From: Trichosphaerium sp. ATCC 40318
Lineage: Eukaryota > Protista > Tubulinea
Assembly: GCA_038496445.1 (NCBI GenBank)
Contig: JALMLS010000537.1
Coordinates: 1 to 64,000, forward strand
Length of the DNA stretch: 64,000 nt
Reading direction: 5' to 3'
A program made the position numbers and the translations under genes. This document shows, one piece after another, positions 12,845 to 24,602 of this stretch. Position 1 is the first letter of the stretch. Every line of letters begins with the position of its first letter. The notes below the pieces were generated by a model, which saw only the letters and a list, made by a program, of their open reading frames with translations, made no database searches and was not told the origin of the DNA.

Positions 12845-15800
12845 TTATGCAATCAGCATAGTTTTTATTATTGTTTGGATAACAGGATTATGACAACTAA
12901 TATCAAGGCTTTGATCTCGAATCTTATCTGATAAGAGCTTATTCATCTTTTTACGCAACTTGTTCATAAGCACAGCTAAAAAACTAGTTAAAAAAATTGT
13001 GTTTTTTCAAAAAGAAATTTGATTGGCGGGATGTGCACAAAACAATTAACAAAATAAATAGCTCAAGTAGGTTTGTTATATACATGTAAAAAAACTCCAA
13101 GGAACAAAAATTCCTGAGCACAAACATCACGTGATGTTGAATTGTAGGAAACATTTTTTGAACCAAAAAAAAGATTTTTTTGTTTCTGTCTTCGTACCCA
13201 TTTTCCCAGGTAACTGAAAACTCATCCACTTATCAACATATACAGTTGGTTTAGAGTCGTTCCCATTTATTCTCACATCAACATTTTTACCAAAGAGTAA
13301 TAATGGAAATGGAGAAATCATAGTAGTGCCATGAATGAAAACTTTCGATGTTTTTACTTTTTCTGTAAAAACAAACCAAGTTGTTGGGAAGTCCTTCAGG
13401 GAGAAATTGACAGAAGATGGATGAATAAATACACTCTCACGATTAGCTAGTTCATATCTCCATGCTCTCTTAACGTCTATAAAAAGAGAGCAGTTAGAGA
13501 AGAGTAAACCACAAAAAGATGCTTACTGTCCCTATTTCTGACTTTCGCTTGAGCAACATTTGGGTATAACCCAGCAACAAGAATAGCTTTAATGAGTTCA
13601 ATATTGTCACCATTCTCATTATCTCTTTCGTCACCTGATCCAAAACCTGCTTCTCTAACAAGGTTCCTACAATTTGATACGTTAAGAGTTGAGCTTATTG
13701 TTGCTTAGAATAAAATTCGTTTTTGTTGGTTCATAGACCGATGACAAGTGAGTTAACGTACTTGAACTCTCGCTTCAATTTAGTAATAGTGTCAAGTGTT
13801 GTTTTAGATAAGTAGTGATCTCTACAGAACCTTGATCGATCTTTTGCTCTTGTTTCCCTTTTGAACAAATGTCAGCAATCGCAAACAAAACAACACTGAC
13901 GACAATAACGCGGGGAGAATTCAAAAAGTTTAACCACTCACATGTACTCTTCATAGGCATGAAGGTTTGCTATCAAGTCAGAGTTTGATCCACCAGAGAT
14001 GTTTTTCTTCTCAGCGTTGGCTTGATCTCTGTAAAAAAGTTAATTATATTGAGAACCAAAAAAAAAAGAAAAGACACGTGTACCTTTCATCAAAATTACT
14101 AACAAAAGGTGTACGAAGTGTCAACGATGCACATATAGTCAATACAGAGTCTAAACATCCAAATATCGATGCGAATAACATCATCTTTCCCATTTGTGCT
14201 TCAACCTAAACCCGTCTTTAATTTTCAATCCAAACAAAACAAGAAAAAATCATGAATCTGGTTTGATTGTAGTACGGGTAGTTTAGCAAGATGTATGCCA
14301 AGTGGTGATAAATTTTCAGCTTCATCCATAGCGCCTATTCCTATTAAGGAATGTTTTGAATGTTGAATGGCAGAATCAGGAGGTTTTTCAAGTGCTCTCG
14401 ATAAAAAGTTGCTAAAAAAAAGCTGTTAGAGGTATCAACCTTTACCTTTTTATGAAATAACAGACTTTGAATAGTCCAAACAACACAGGCTATTGAATGA
14501 CAACAATAAAGTCGTGTTCAAGTAAAATAACTAAAAGAATAACTTACTCGATTCTTCCAAGTTTAAGCAGACGGATTTGCAAACACAGCTCATCCAATGG
14601 TACACGTTTGATCTCAGGTACTTCATATTCGGCCAAGCGACTCATTTGGATCTCTGTAACAAGATGGAAACAGAAACCAGGCTTGACACGACCTGCACGA
14701 CCACGACTATAAAAAAATAAGAAAAAGAACTCTGTTATGATCTATACCGTTGTCGTGCTGATGCTTGAGAGGCGTAAACCTCTTGAAGAGAAGCCAGTCT
14801 AGACTTTGAATCCCATGTCTTTTGTTTAGCTTTACATGTGTTGATAACAAAGACAACATCATCAATTGTTACAGATGTTTCTGCAATGTTTGTTGAAATG
14901 ACGATTTTTCGTACACCACGTGCTGGGCGCCTAAATATCTTGTTTTGGTCCTCTGAATATTACGCATTAGTATTGTTATAAAGTAAAAAAGAAACATACC
15001 TGTTGATAGCGAAGAATGGAGAGGATAAACATCAACTCTATTGGTTCGAAAGAAACTTTCATCTAAAATATCATGGTAGAGTTTTCTAATCTCCGCCATA
15101 CCAGGCATAAAGATGAGTATCTATAATGCAGTGAGTGAGCACATTAAAATTGTTCAATTTGTAACATACGGCTCCTTCTTCGTATTGAGAGCAGATGTGC
15201 TTCACAAGTTGAACAATGAGGTGGTTGTTAATAATTTTTGGATCAAGAGCCTCCAGAGCTCTTACAACGCTGCTAGAGTATTTCTGCTGATACATTTCTG
15301 CTTCCCTTTATTATAAATCAATTAATAAACAATAAGGATAAAGATGAGAAGAAAAACGTACTCTTGTTTTAGAGTTTTTGGCTTCTTTCGAAGAACAAAC
15401 TTGTTTGTAAGCTGTTTTGTGTTGTATTTTGTTTTAAATAGAATGTCTTCCAGAAAATATTCTTGAACAGGATGAGTAAACCCAGGAATCTCGATTTGTG
15501 GGCATTTGAAGTATGAAGCAAATAAATCAGCATTAACCTAAGAAATACGAAATAAATGAGATAATAAGAAAATATTAAGAAAGATATAAGGAGTTCATAC
15601 AGTGGCTGACATAAGAATAATCTTCAGGTCTTTTCTTTGCTTGATAAGTTCTTTCAATATAATCAACAAAAAATCACTACAGAGAACAATCAGAAGAGGT
15701 TCTGAGGTTTTTCATAGAAGGGTTGTTTTTTTTAGTACCAGTTTAAGTCACGCTCATGAACTTCATCTAGGATTACATGTGATACGCCATGTAGAAATCT

Positions 15801-18494
15801 ATCGTTCTGTAAACGGCGTAACATTACACCAGTTGTACAGAAGAGCACCTGTGTCTTCGCACTTCGCTTTGTTTCCAACCTGCAATAAAAATCAAAATCT
15901 ATTACACTCGATTTCTAATACCTTATACTATAACCCACTTGGTTACCAACCTTTTCTCCTCGTTCAGCGGCCACCCTCTCAGCCACAGCAATTGCAGACA
16001 GTCGCCTTGGTTGTGTACAAATGATATTACACTCAGAACCACGTCCTTCGTTTATGTACTTGTCAAGAATAACTTGACCAACCTGAGTAGTTTTACCGCA
16101 ACCAGTTGACCCTATATAAACGGTAAATAACATTCAAAGGTGTAAATAAATGGACAAAAACGAAATAAAGCGATGAAGCTTACCAGAGAGGAGAACAACT
16201 TGATTATTACTAACAATTTCGATGATTTCATCTTTCATTTTGTAAGTTGGTAGCTTTGTCCTAAGTAGTGACTTAATGCTTCTGTACGCTAAGAAAGTGG
16301 AAGGGTACCTGATACGTTGCATTGATTGATATTTTTTATTATTCTTCTGCTTATCTTGAAGGTCATCTAAAAGCCTTTCTGAATCTTCTTTTTGATGTTC
16401 TAGTTGTCTCTTTGTTTTGACACGTTCATAGTAAATTGGCTTCACTTCAGGTTCTGATACTACTACAGGCTTTGGTTTTGGCGTAACGAAAGCCTTCTAT
16501 GGGTAGTAAGAAATTAAAATAGTTGTGGTTGATTTGTCTTACCTTTTCGTTTTTGGCTTGCTCTTCTTGTAGTCGTGCTTGAGTTCTTTCAATAAAAAAG
16601 TTCTTTGATGCAGCTTTACCACCTCTATTACCAGATCCACGACCTCTATTAGAACCGCGACCTACACCACCTGTATTGTTACCACCACGGCCTCTACCTC
16701 TGTTATTTGATCCTCTTCCTTTTCCGCGTCCGCGTCCACCTCGTCCTCTATTGTTTCTACCTCTTCCTCTACCATTTCTTCTTCCTCTTCCTTTGTTGTT
16801 GTAGTTATCTTCTTGACCTTTAGTCAAGGCATTGGGCTCCAGAGACTTGACTTGATCAGGAACGTTGTCTTGTACCCAACTTATAATTTCAAACAACATT
16901 GGAGAACCAATTAAGTCAGCGGCTTCTTTGGCAATCTTTTTGTTAATAGCTCTGATAGTACTAGGCTCAAGTTCTCTAAGAAATATTAAATAACATAGTA
17001 TTGTTGGGGTATACATACTCGTTCACAAAAGCCATGAATGGGAGAACATTAGGGTAAGCACTTGTAGGTGGAATGTGAATTTCAAAAACACTTTTGTTTG
17101 GAATGTTGTCTAGTTTCATCTAGGGACACTAAGACCTTCATCTTTATGTTTATAAGTACCTCCATAGTTACTAGATTATCAGTACACGTAAGGCCTTCTT
17201 CAAAAATATCATTGAGACTCTCTATTTCCTCTTGTTTGTTCTCTTTCTGCTCCTTATTTTTTCTTTAGTAAATTGTTGCTGTTCTTTTTTTTTCTTACTT
17301 CCTCATCTACGGATCCCTCAATCTCTTCAACATCTGATGGGAAGAATGTTTCCATAACGGCATACATAGCTTTTTGCTTGTCTTTATCACACTCAAGTAG
17401 AATTTTTTCAACTTTAGGCTCTGGTACACCATATTTTGAGCTTAACCTAAAATGAACCAATAAGTTCTCTTTTCTCCTAAACACCATCCACTTACATGCG
17501 AACATAATTATTAAGTTCAAATCCCAAACCACCCTTGCTTTCTGGGAGAATAACTTCTACCTAATAAAAGACCTGATTAGATAATAAGTTGGGCATAAAG
17601 AAAACTTGCCTGCGTGGAAAGATTTGTGGACTTGAATTTCCTGGGTAACTCTGTCTCATCGAGGTTGAGGCATAACCACCCAATAGCTTCATTAACATCG
17701 CCATTATTATTGCTTAATCCAAGTATAGCCTAAATCATTCATAAGAATAAATCACGTGGGGTTAAACGCCGTACCTGTGTCTGAGTAAATCCCATACTTT
17801 TTATTCTGCCAATAGCTCTATTATCTTTTGAAGCATTGTAATTACTGTCGCCTTCTTCGCTAGTTTCATCATCGCTCTAATGTTATCCTATAAATACCGT
17901 TTCCCTTCCGTTAAGGGGTTAACCATACCAAGTTCTTTAACATATCTAAAAGCAAGAAAATGAGACAAGAAGAAAACAAGAAAAGATCAAAAAAAAATTA
18001 TGTAAATTACCCATAATCATATCTTCGTTTTTTGAAGAGAACGTAACATTCTCTGCGTTTGAAGGTCCTTTACGAAAAATATCTCGTCTCGCTGAAGGTT
18101 TTTTAGGTACTCTTGGGCCTTTTCTACCTTTTTGAGTATTGTTAGTTACAAATAAATTAAAAAGGGCTTTTCAGCAGTACCTTCAACGGCTACATCGCCG
18201 TAATCGTCCTAAAACGTATTTATGATAAAATTATAAGTTATTTGTTATTACTTGATGCTGTGAAGGATTCCATGGGCGTTGTTGTGAAGAAGCTTATACG
18301 TTTAGACACTTTAAGAATATTATACAGTACCTGCAGCCAATTTCGCTGCCTTCTTTTTTTCTACGGCTGTAAGCTATATATTTAATATTTCTAAGAGTAC
18401 TCGCGCTTCCTGGTGGATTTGTCTTTTTGTTTTGACGCTTGTTTGAGGCATTCTTCCTAAACTTCGCTTTCATGCGCTTTTTCTTTGGCGGCAT
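12845..18494 (-). CDS. DHX57: DEAH/RHA RNA helicase, DHX57-like (UBA/RWD-like N-terminus, RGG tract, helicase core, HA2, OB-fold)
   Basis: Motifs [70 protein letters not shown] and [10 protein letters not shown] across many exons. The RWD end [14 protein letters not shown] and an RGG-rich exon (16447-17016) are present. ATG at 18494, stop at 12845. Confidence 0.85.
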
Positions 18495-18824
18495 GATGAT
18501 TGTATACAAGACGGTGTTTTTTGAGCTCCCGATGTAGATATGAAACAGTCAAAGTGAGTACAACGAGTTTCAACTAAGATACTTGCAACGTTTACCAATA
18601 GAAAGTCAGACTGAGCAGAAATAAACCGCCACAGACTCAATCGCAAATTTACGCGTATTGGGTGCTTGAAGCACGTGAAATCTCTCAAAATCACTAACAC
18701 TATGCGTTGTACCAAGTTATACAAGCGCACTAGGAATTGGGATAGAATGATAACTGCTACTTCACTTATTACGTGAAATAGACAATTGATTACAATAGAA
18801 ACTTAACAATTTATTGTAACAACG

Positions 18825-19998
18825 CTACTCTTCAGCACGAAACTTAACTGGACTATTGCTGATATGAGTATCACCAATCTTGATATCGACTTCATATCTT
18901 CCTTTCTTTGGAAGCATAACATCAACACGGTATCTACCATTATTGAAATCTATCACGAAAGAAATTAGAAAAAAAAGAAAAAATAGTAATAAATCAAACA
19001 GAAAATAAAACACAGCCATACCGAGCAGTTCAGGTTCGGTAAGTACAGGTCCGGCTACTTCAACATCAAAGTTATCACCTCCAGCAGTGCACTTGTTTCC
19101 AGAAGAGTCTTTAGCCTAATAAACAGGTCAGACTTTCAGGTCTAAACCACGAAAAAAAAAATAGTACATCAATGAGTATTGTAAGTTTCTTTCCAACTTT
19201 AGGATCACCCTTCATGTTTGCTACAGTCGTAGCTGGAGAAGCAACTATTCAACAAGTTATACCAAGTAGAGACGAGGTTTTTTACATACCTCCAGCGACA
19301 GTAATAAGAGTCTCTTCTTTGAGGACGTTTTGTCCTTTGTAAACAATACCAAGTTGGTATTGACCAATTCTACTTCCTTGGTAAGATACTTTGAATTCTC
19401 CCTTAAGATGATGGGTCAGTATACGCCGTATAATAGTTCGTGGTTGTTCAGATACTAACCTTTCCAGATAGAGGTGATAGCTTACAATTAAGATTTGTAG
19501 GACCGTCAAGTGTGACTTGGAGTTCGCCTTGAAACAAAATTAAATTTTTGAAAGAGGTAAAAACGGGGTTGTACCAGCTTGAACGTCCATGGCGTCTAGT
19601 GTTCTCTTATCCTTGACTTTTATGATGAAATATGCACGTGAACCCTCTTTACATACTACAATACGTTCACAAGTGACTTTGACAGGTACAGGTTCTAGCA
19701 AAACGAAAAATAAGCCAAAAAAGATTAATCGAAAAAAAATTACATACTTGGTTCTCCGCCCTGTGGAATGACACGCATAGATTTTTTGAATGTTGATTTA
19801 TTGTTGATAAATACTTCAATTTCGTATTTACCAAGTTGAGTTGGAAAGAAGGAAATCTCGTAACTTCCTAGCATGGCGTAAAAAAATATATCAAAAAAGT
19901 AGCTGTAAAGCGTGATACAAATGTTTTATTTCGTTTCGCTCAAATTAACCTGTAGCGCTTCAGTCTCGAAGGCTGACTTTTGGTTCAGAAAACGTCAT
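18825..19998 (-). CDS. Filamin/ABP120-type Ig-like repeat protein (~2.5 repeats); 5' end irregular
   Basis: GSYEISFFPTQLGKYEIEVFIN, GEFKVSYQGSRIGQYQLGIVYKG and GGDNFDVEVAGP…DFNNGRYRVDVMLPKKGRYEVDIKIGDTHISNSP. The putative first exon has an in-frame TGA; an alternative ATG lies at 19874. Confidence 0.7.
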
Positions 19999-20593
19999 TT
20001 TTTGAAATGAAGTGACAGTCAAAAAAGCGAAAAACTTTTTTCGTTTGCTCTAAGAAAGTTGCCAGTTTTTTGGCGAAATGTCAGTCGTTGTGTACCAAGA
20101 TTAGCGTCATTTATTTTTGTTTGTAATGTAGCTGTGCCTGTCACAGTTGCTTTTAGCATATTTGACCAGTTTGGTAGGTTCTGTGGGTAGTTTTTACCGT
20201 CTGTTGTCTATATATCTTGTTAGTAACGTCTAGATGATTTTAAATTGAGTTGGGAGCGTTTGGGTGTAATTCAAGTTCCGCGTTAGCAAACGACGTTTTG
20301 GCGCCGTTTGTATACTCTTTTACATGTTACGTGCCTGAAGGATGTATTTAACATCTTTGTCAGGATAACTTTCTCCGGGTCCAAGGAACGTATATTTAAA
20401 CGTTGTCATGACCTAAGAACACTTTTAGAAGCCTATTAAAAATAGCTACAGTCGTGGTGACGGTTAAACGAAGAACCTGTCGTTCGACTTACTGTAAATC
20501 AATTTATAAGTAACTAGCGCAGCTAAAGAGTAACTTTAATTCGAGTGGTTAACGCTCGAGAACGGCGTTGAATGGGTTGCTGTCGAACTCAGA

Positions 20594-20695
20594 ATGAATC
20601 AAGCTAGCTCAATTCAACAGTTACCAGCAGAGACGTTGACGCATATTCTTCGCTTTCTGGATAGCGCTGAACGTATTGGTGCATGGCATTTGTGA
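20594..20695 (+). pseudogene. Isolated F-box-like relic related to the 30674 gene
   Basis: MNQASSIQQLPAETLTHILRFLDSAERIGAWHL* resembles LLQELPPETLTEILSYSSKRER in the 30674 ORF. Confidence 0.55.
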
Positions 20696-21059
20696 TAGAC
20701 AGTAGACATTTCATTATTTTCATGCCATGGACTGACGTTGACAATACAGTCAAGAACGCTCTGGGAGGAAAGACGCTCAGTCTTAGGTGGCTCTAGTAGC
20801 CACGCGAGCGGAGTTATTCTACATTTTAGAAACTCGAGTGATATACAATGTTGTTGAAAGAATAAGGAAAAAACAAAAAGAATTGTTACACATAAAGAAA
20901 AGGATTTGGGAGCAAGGGTTTTGATTGTTCTCTACTCACCACTGTTCGAACTATTTTTGTCAGATTTTGTATTGTCAGTCTCGCATAGTCCAACCAAACG
21001 CTTGAAATGTGTGACATCTTCATTCATAGTTTTTCTTTATTATTATTCACATGTACTTA

Positions 21060-24000
21060 TTATTCATCAATCTCTTCAACTTTGACATTCTCTGTTGTCT
21101 TAGTTGGCTCTTCTTTTTTGTCTTCCTTTGTCTTTTCTTTTCCTTCGGCGTCTTCTTCTTCTACTTCTTCAGGAGCGTTCTCTTTTGCAGTAACAAGCTC
21201 TTTGTACTGTTCTACAAGTTTTTTAATTTCGTCGCTTGCATCACCGTCCATTAAAGCCCAATAATCTCCTCCTTTCTTATTCAATGATGAGGTGATACAT
21301 TCCTTGTTGGACGCTAAATAAATTTGTCAGAAAATACAAACACAATCTCAAATTATTCTCAAATAAATTCGAACCTTCTTTGTAAAGGTTTTGTAGTGCT
21401 TTCAGAGCAACCATTCTTGTAGAATCATCCTTATTTGTTAGACCAACTTTAATTAGATTCTGTATTAAATCCTTAGTACCACCAATAACACCCAAAAGCG
21501 CATCTAAAATAAGACAAAGTAAATATACAACCAGTACAACAAAAACAAACTATTAAAAATCTTACCGTGGCCTGATAGTGAGTGTACTGCAATAGATCCT
21601 TCTTTGTTTAGAAGGTCAAACTTAGAAGATAAGAGGTTAACCAGTGGGACACATCCTCCCAATTTTGCAATACGAGCGGCTAAGGAATCTACAAATTATT
21701 GTAAGCCAAACAAGAAAAATCAGGAGTAAATGTACCTGTCTGACATAAAGCGCCTACAATACGTGCAGCATCATACTTAACGTGCTCATATTCTGATTTT
21801 GTAGCTTCTTTGATACAAATACTCAATGCATCCAATTTAACAAATGTGTCAATGACATCTTGTTCTAAAATGAAAGTTAGAAAAAAAAGGCAATCAGAAA
21901 AAGTAAATTCCACGCTTACCCTTTGTGCTTAATAGGCTTTTGAATATGCCAATAACACCCCATATTGTAGGACCATTTTCTGTTGCTTTGAAAATACCCA
22001 TTAAAGCTTGGAAAGCGCCAGCATCGAAAATCTTTCGTTTGTTTACAACTAACGTGAAAAAAAGTTAACATTGTTGTATACATGTCTGGTGTCTGGTCTT
22101 TCGATTTATGTCGTACCTGGTATGCATAGATTTTTTAAGCAACCAATACATAGGTGCTTACAACGTAAGTCAGTATCTTCGTCATTAAGTAGTTTAATTA
22201 ATTTGATGTGAAGCTTTGTATCATCAACAAGTTTAATGCAATTCTCCTCTACAAAAAAGCAACAATTAGGTCTTCATCTCGTTTTGTTGTAGGAAGAGTA
22301 AAACGACGTTTCATCATGAAGTATAATAGTATACTCTTGGTTTAAACGTACCACTTCTTGCTAAGTTACCACAAATCATAGAAGCAGCAACTTGAACTTC
22401 ATTGTTCGAATGTTTAAACAAAACAAGAACATTATCAAGATCGCCATACATACTCTTAGCGATATCATCTAAAGCAGTATAAGTAATGCCCAAAACCCCC
22501 GAGAAAAACATATAGTCTGACAAAACTTATTGGACTTCAAAGCAACAACAGTAGCTCCCTGTGATATCCAACAATTTGGATTTCACGCAAAAAATTCAGA
22601 AAAAAAAAGCATATCACCAAGAAGCGTACCATTCAAAGAGAGATTGCTGTATACTTTACTAGCACTAGTGCTAAGTGCTTTAGTTTCCTCAGAGTCAATA
22701 GCTGTCATTTTATATAAACGTGGGATAAGTCCAAGCTCCATAAACTTGATTCTAAGATCCTCTTCAAGAATAAAAAGTAAGCAACCTCACGTGTTTAATA
22801 ATCTCTCTAGTACCTTCTTCTGAAAAGAATTTAAGTGATTCTCCGGCTGCCAACTACATATTGGTCAATATTATACTCTTACGGATGTACAAGTTTATGA
22901 GTTTAAACAGGTTAAAAAAAGTTTGTTGTTGTTTTGTACCTTTACGGCCATTTCTTCGTGCTTTTCCATCATATCTGATAGAATAACAAGTCCGTTTTGT
23001 TTATTAATAAAATCAAGACACATGGATTCTATTCTTAAATAAGTACATAGTTGAGAAAACTAGAATTGTTGTAGAAGGGTTTTTTTTTCTTATGGAATGT
23101 CAAATTTTTATGCTTTTTTTAAAGATGTTTTGGCGAGTCATTAGTATCTCTACGTACTTGTCTCACACATTGCAGTAATAGCAGACACTACAGTATCTTC
23201 AACATCTTCCATAGTTGGTTTAATTAACATTTGTATCAACTTATCATAACCTCCTTGTTTTTGAATTTCCAAGCGATGCTCATCTACAAAAAAAAGAAAC
23301 TTCAACATATAAAAAACAAAGAAAGAAAACTATAGTTTACTAGATCAACAAGATCAAAAAAAACTTGACGAATTACCCGTGTACAAAATATTTCTGAGTG
23401 CTGTGAGTGCTAGCATTACAACATCATACGTTGTATTATCCAGTAGTCCAAGAATTGGCATGTGTGACTTGTTTTCGAATATTAAATCACATGCCTTCTC
23501 TACGCCAAAGAAGTTAATAAAACACAACAACAAAAAAAAAAGTCAACATTGTGAGTATTTTGCAGAAAACATAAAAATAAATCATCATTTCGCTGAATAA
23601 ACCTTTATGATTTAGCCTAAACGCGTATTCGTGTGTTCAAGCATTTTTTCGCGTAGTGTAGAGTGATATTCACGCGAATGGACTTGCTTTTATGCAGAAA
23701 AAGCGGTTTTCAGCCTTTGTTTTACCATTAACGTACCAGTGTCTGCGCATAGATTTGCTACGCATCCGCAAGCCATACGGAGAATTTGAGGTTCTGTACT
23801 GCTGAAATGAGATAAAACGGGCTCTAAGCCCATTTCCATTAGTTTCTCGCGATTAGCTTCTAATGGAGTCGTTTAGAGATGACTGATATACTTTCTAACG
23901 TACTATTGTCAAAACACATGTTTCCCAACAGGCGAAGTGATAGACGAGGCAAATTCGTGTTCTTGTGTGCGAGAAACGGTAAAAAAATAGTAAAAGGTCC

Positions 24001-24272
24001 TACGGCAGCGGAAATGACGTTTCTGTTTGGTTCTACGTGATATTAATCGCTTGGGTACTAAATAAAGAGGTAGTGTACCTTCGCGAGCTAAATCGCCTAA
24101 TTTTTGTAACAGTTCCACCAAAAGCACCTCATCAGTTGGTTCCTTCAAAAATGGTACAACTGCTTGAACTTCTGGAAATTTTGGTGCGTCTCCGTCTAAA
24201 TTAACGTTTAATAGTGATCACCGGCTCCTAGTACTAACCAAACTTGATAAGATTGGTAACTGCGTCTGTCAT
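21060..24272 (-). CDS. RAP1GDS1: Armadillo-repeat GTP-GDP dissociation stimulator, SmgGDS/RAP1GDS1/darlin-like
   Basis: Spliced ARM repeats: RLLGNMCFDN, VQVAASMICGNLARS|EENCIKLV, KHLCIGCLKNLCIP|VVNKRKIFDAG, EHVKYDAARIV and GGCVPLVNLL. These match the SmgGDS pattern, and there is an acidic tail. Confidence 0.75.
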
Positions 24273-24602
24273 GTTAATCTACGTTTGTGTTGACTGAAAT
24301 AGCCGAAGGAACTTAACATATTTACTACTTAAGGCAAACTCAGTCAAGAATCGAAAGAGCCGGCCAGTCAACGCCAGACACTAAACGAACAAGTCAAGAA
24401 TCAACGCAGAGCAAGGTATCTAGTGGTTAGTAATATGATTCTATGAATATGTATTTTAGTATCGCCTCATTTCAAAGTTTGAAATTTGCCCTTTTTTTAG
24501 CAAGTCAATACCATTTATTGCTTGTGTTGTTTGACTTCTAACAATACGAGTTAAGAGAACTACAGTCTGCTTATTTTAATTAGTGTTTATAGTTTATAAA
24601 TT

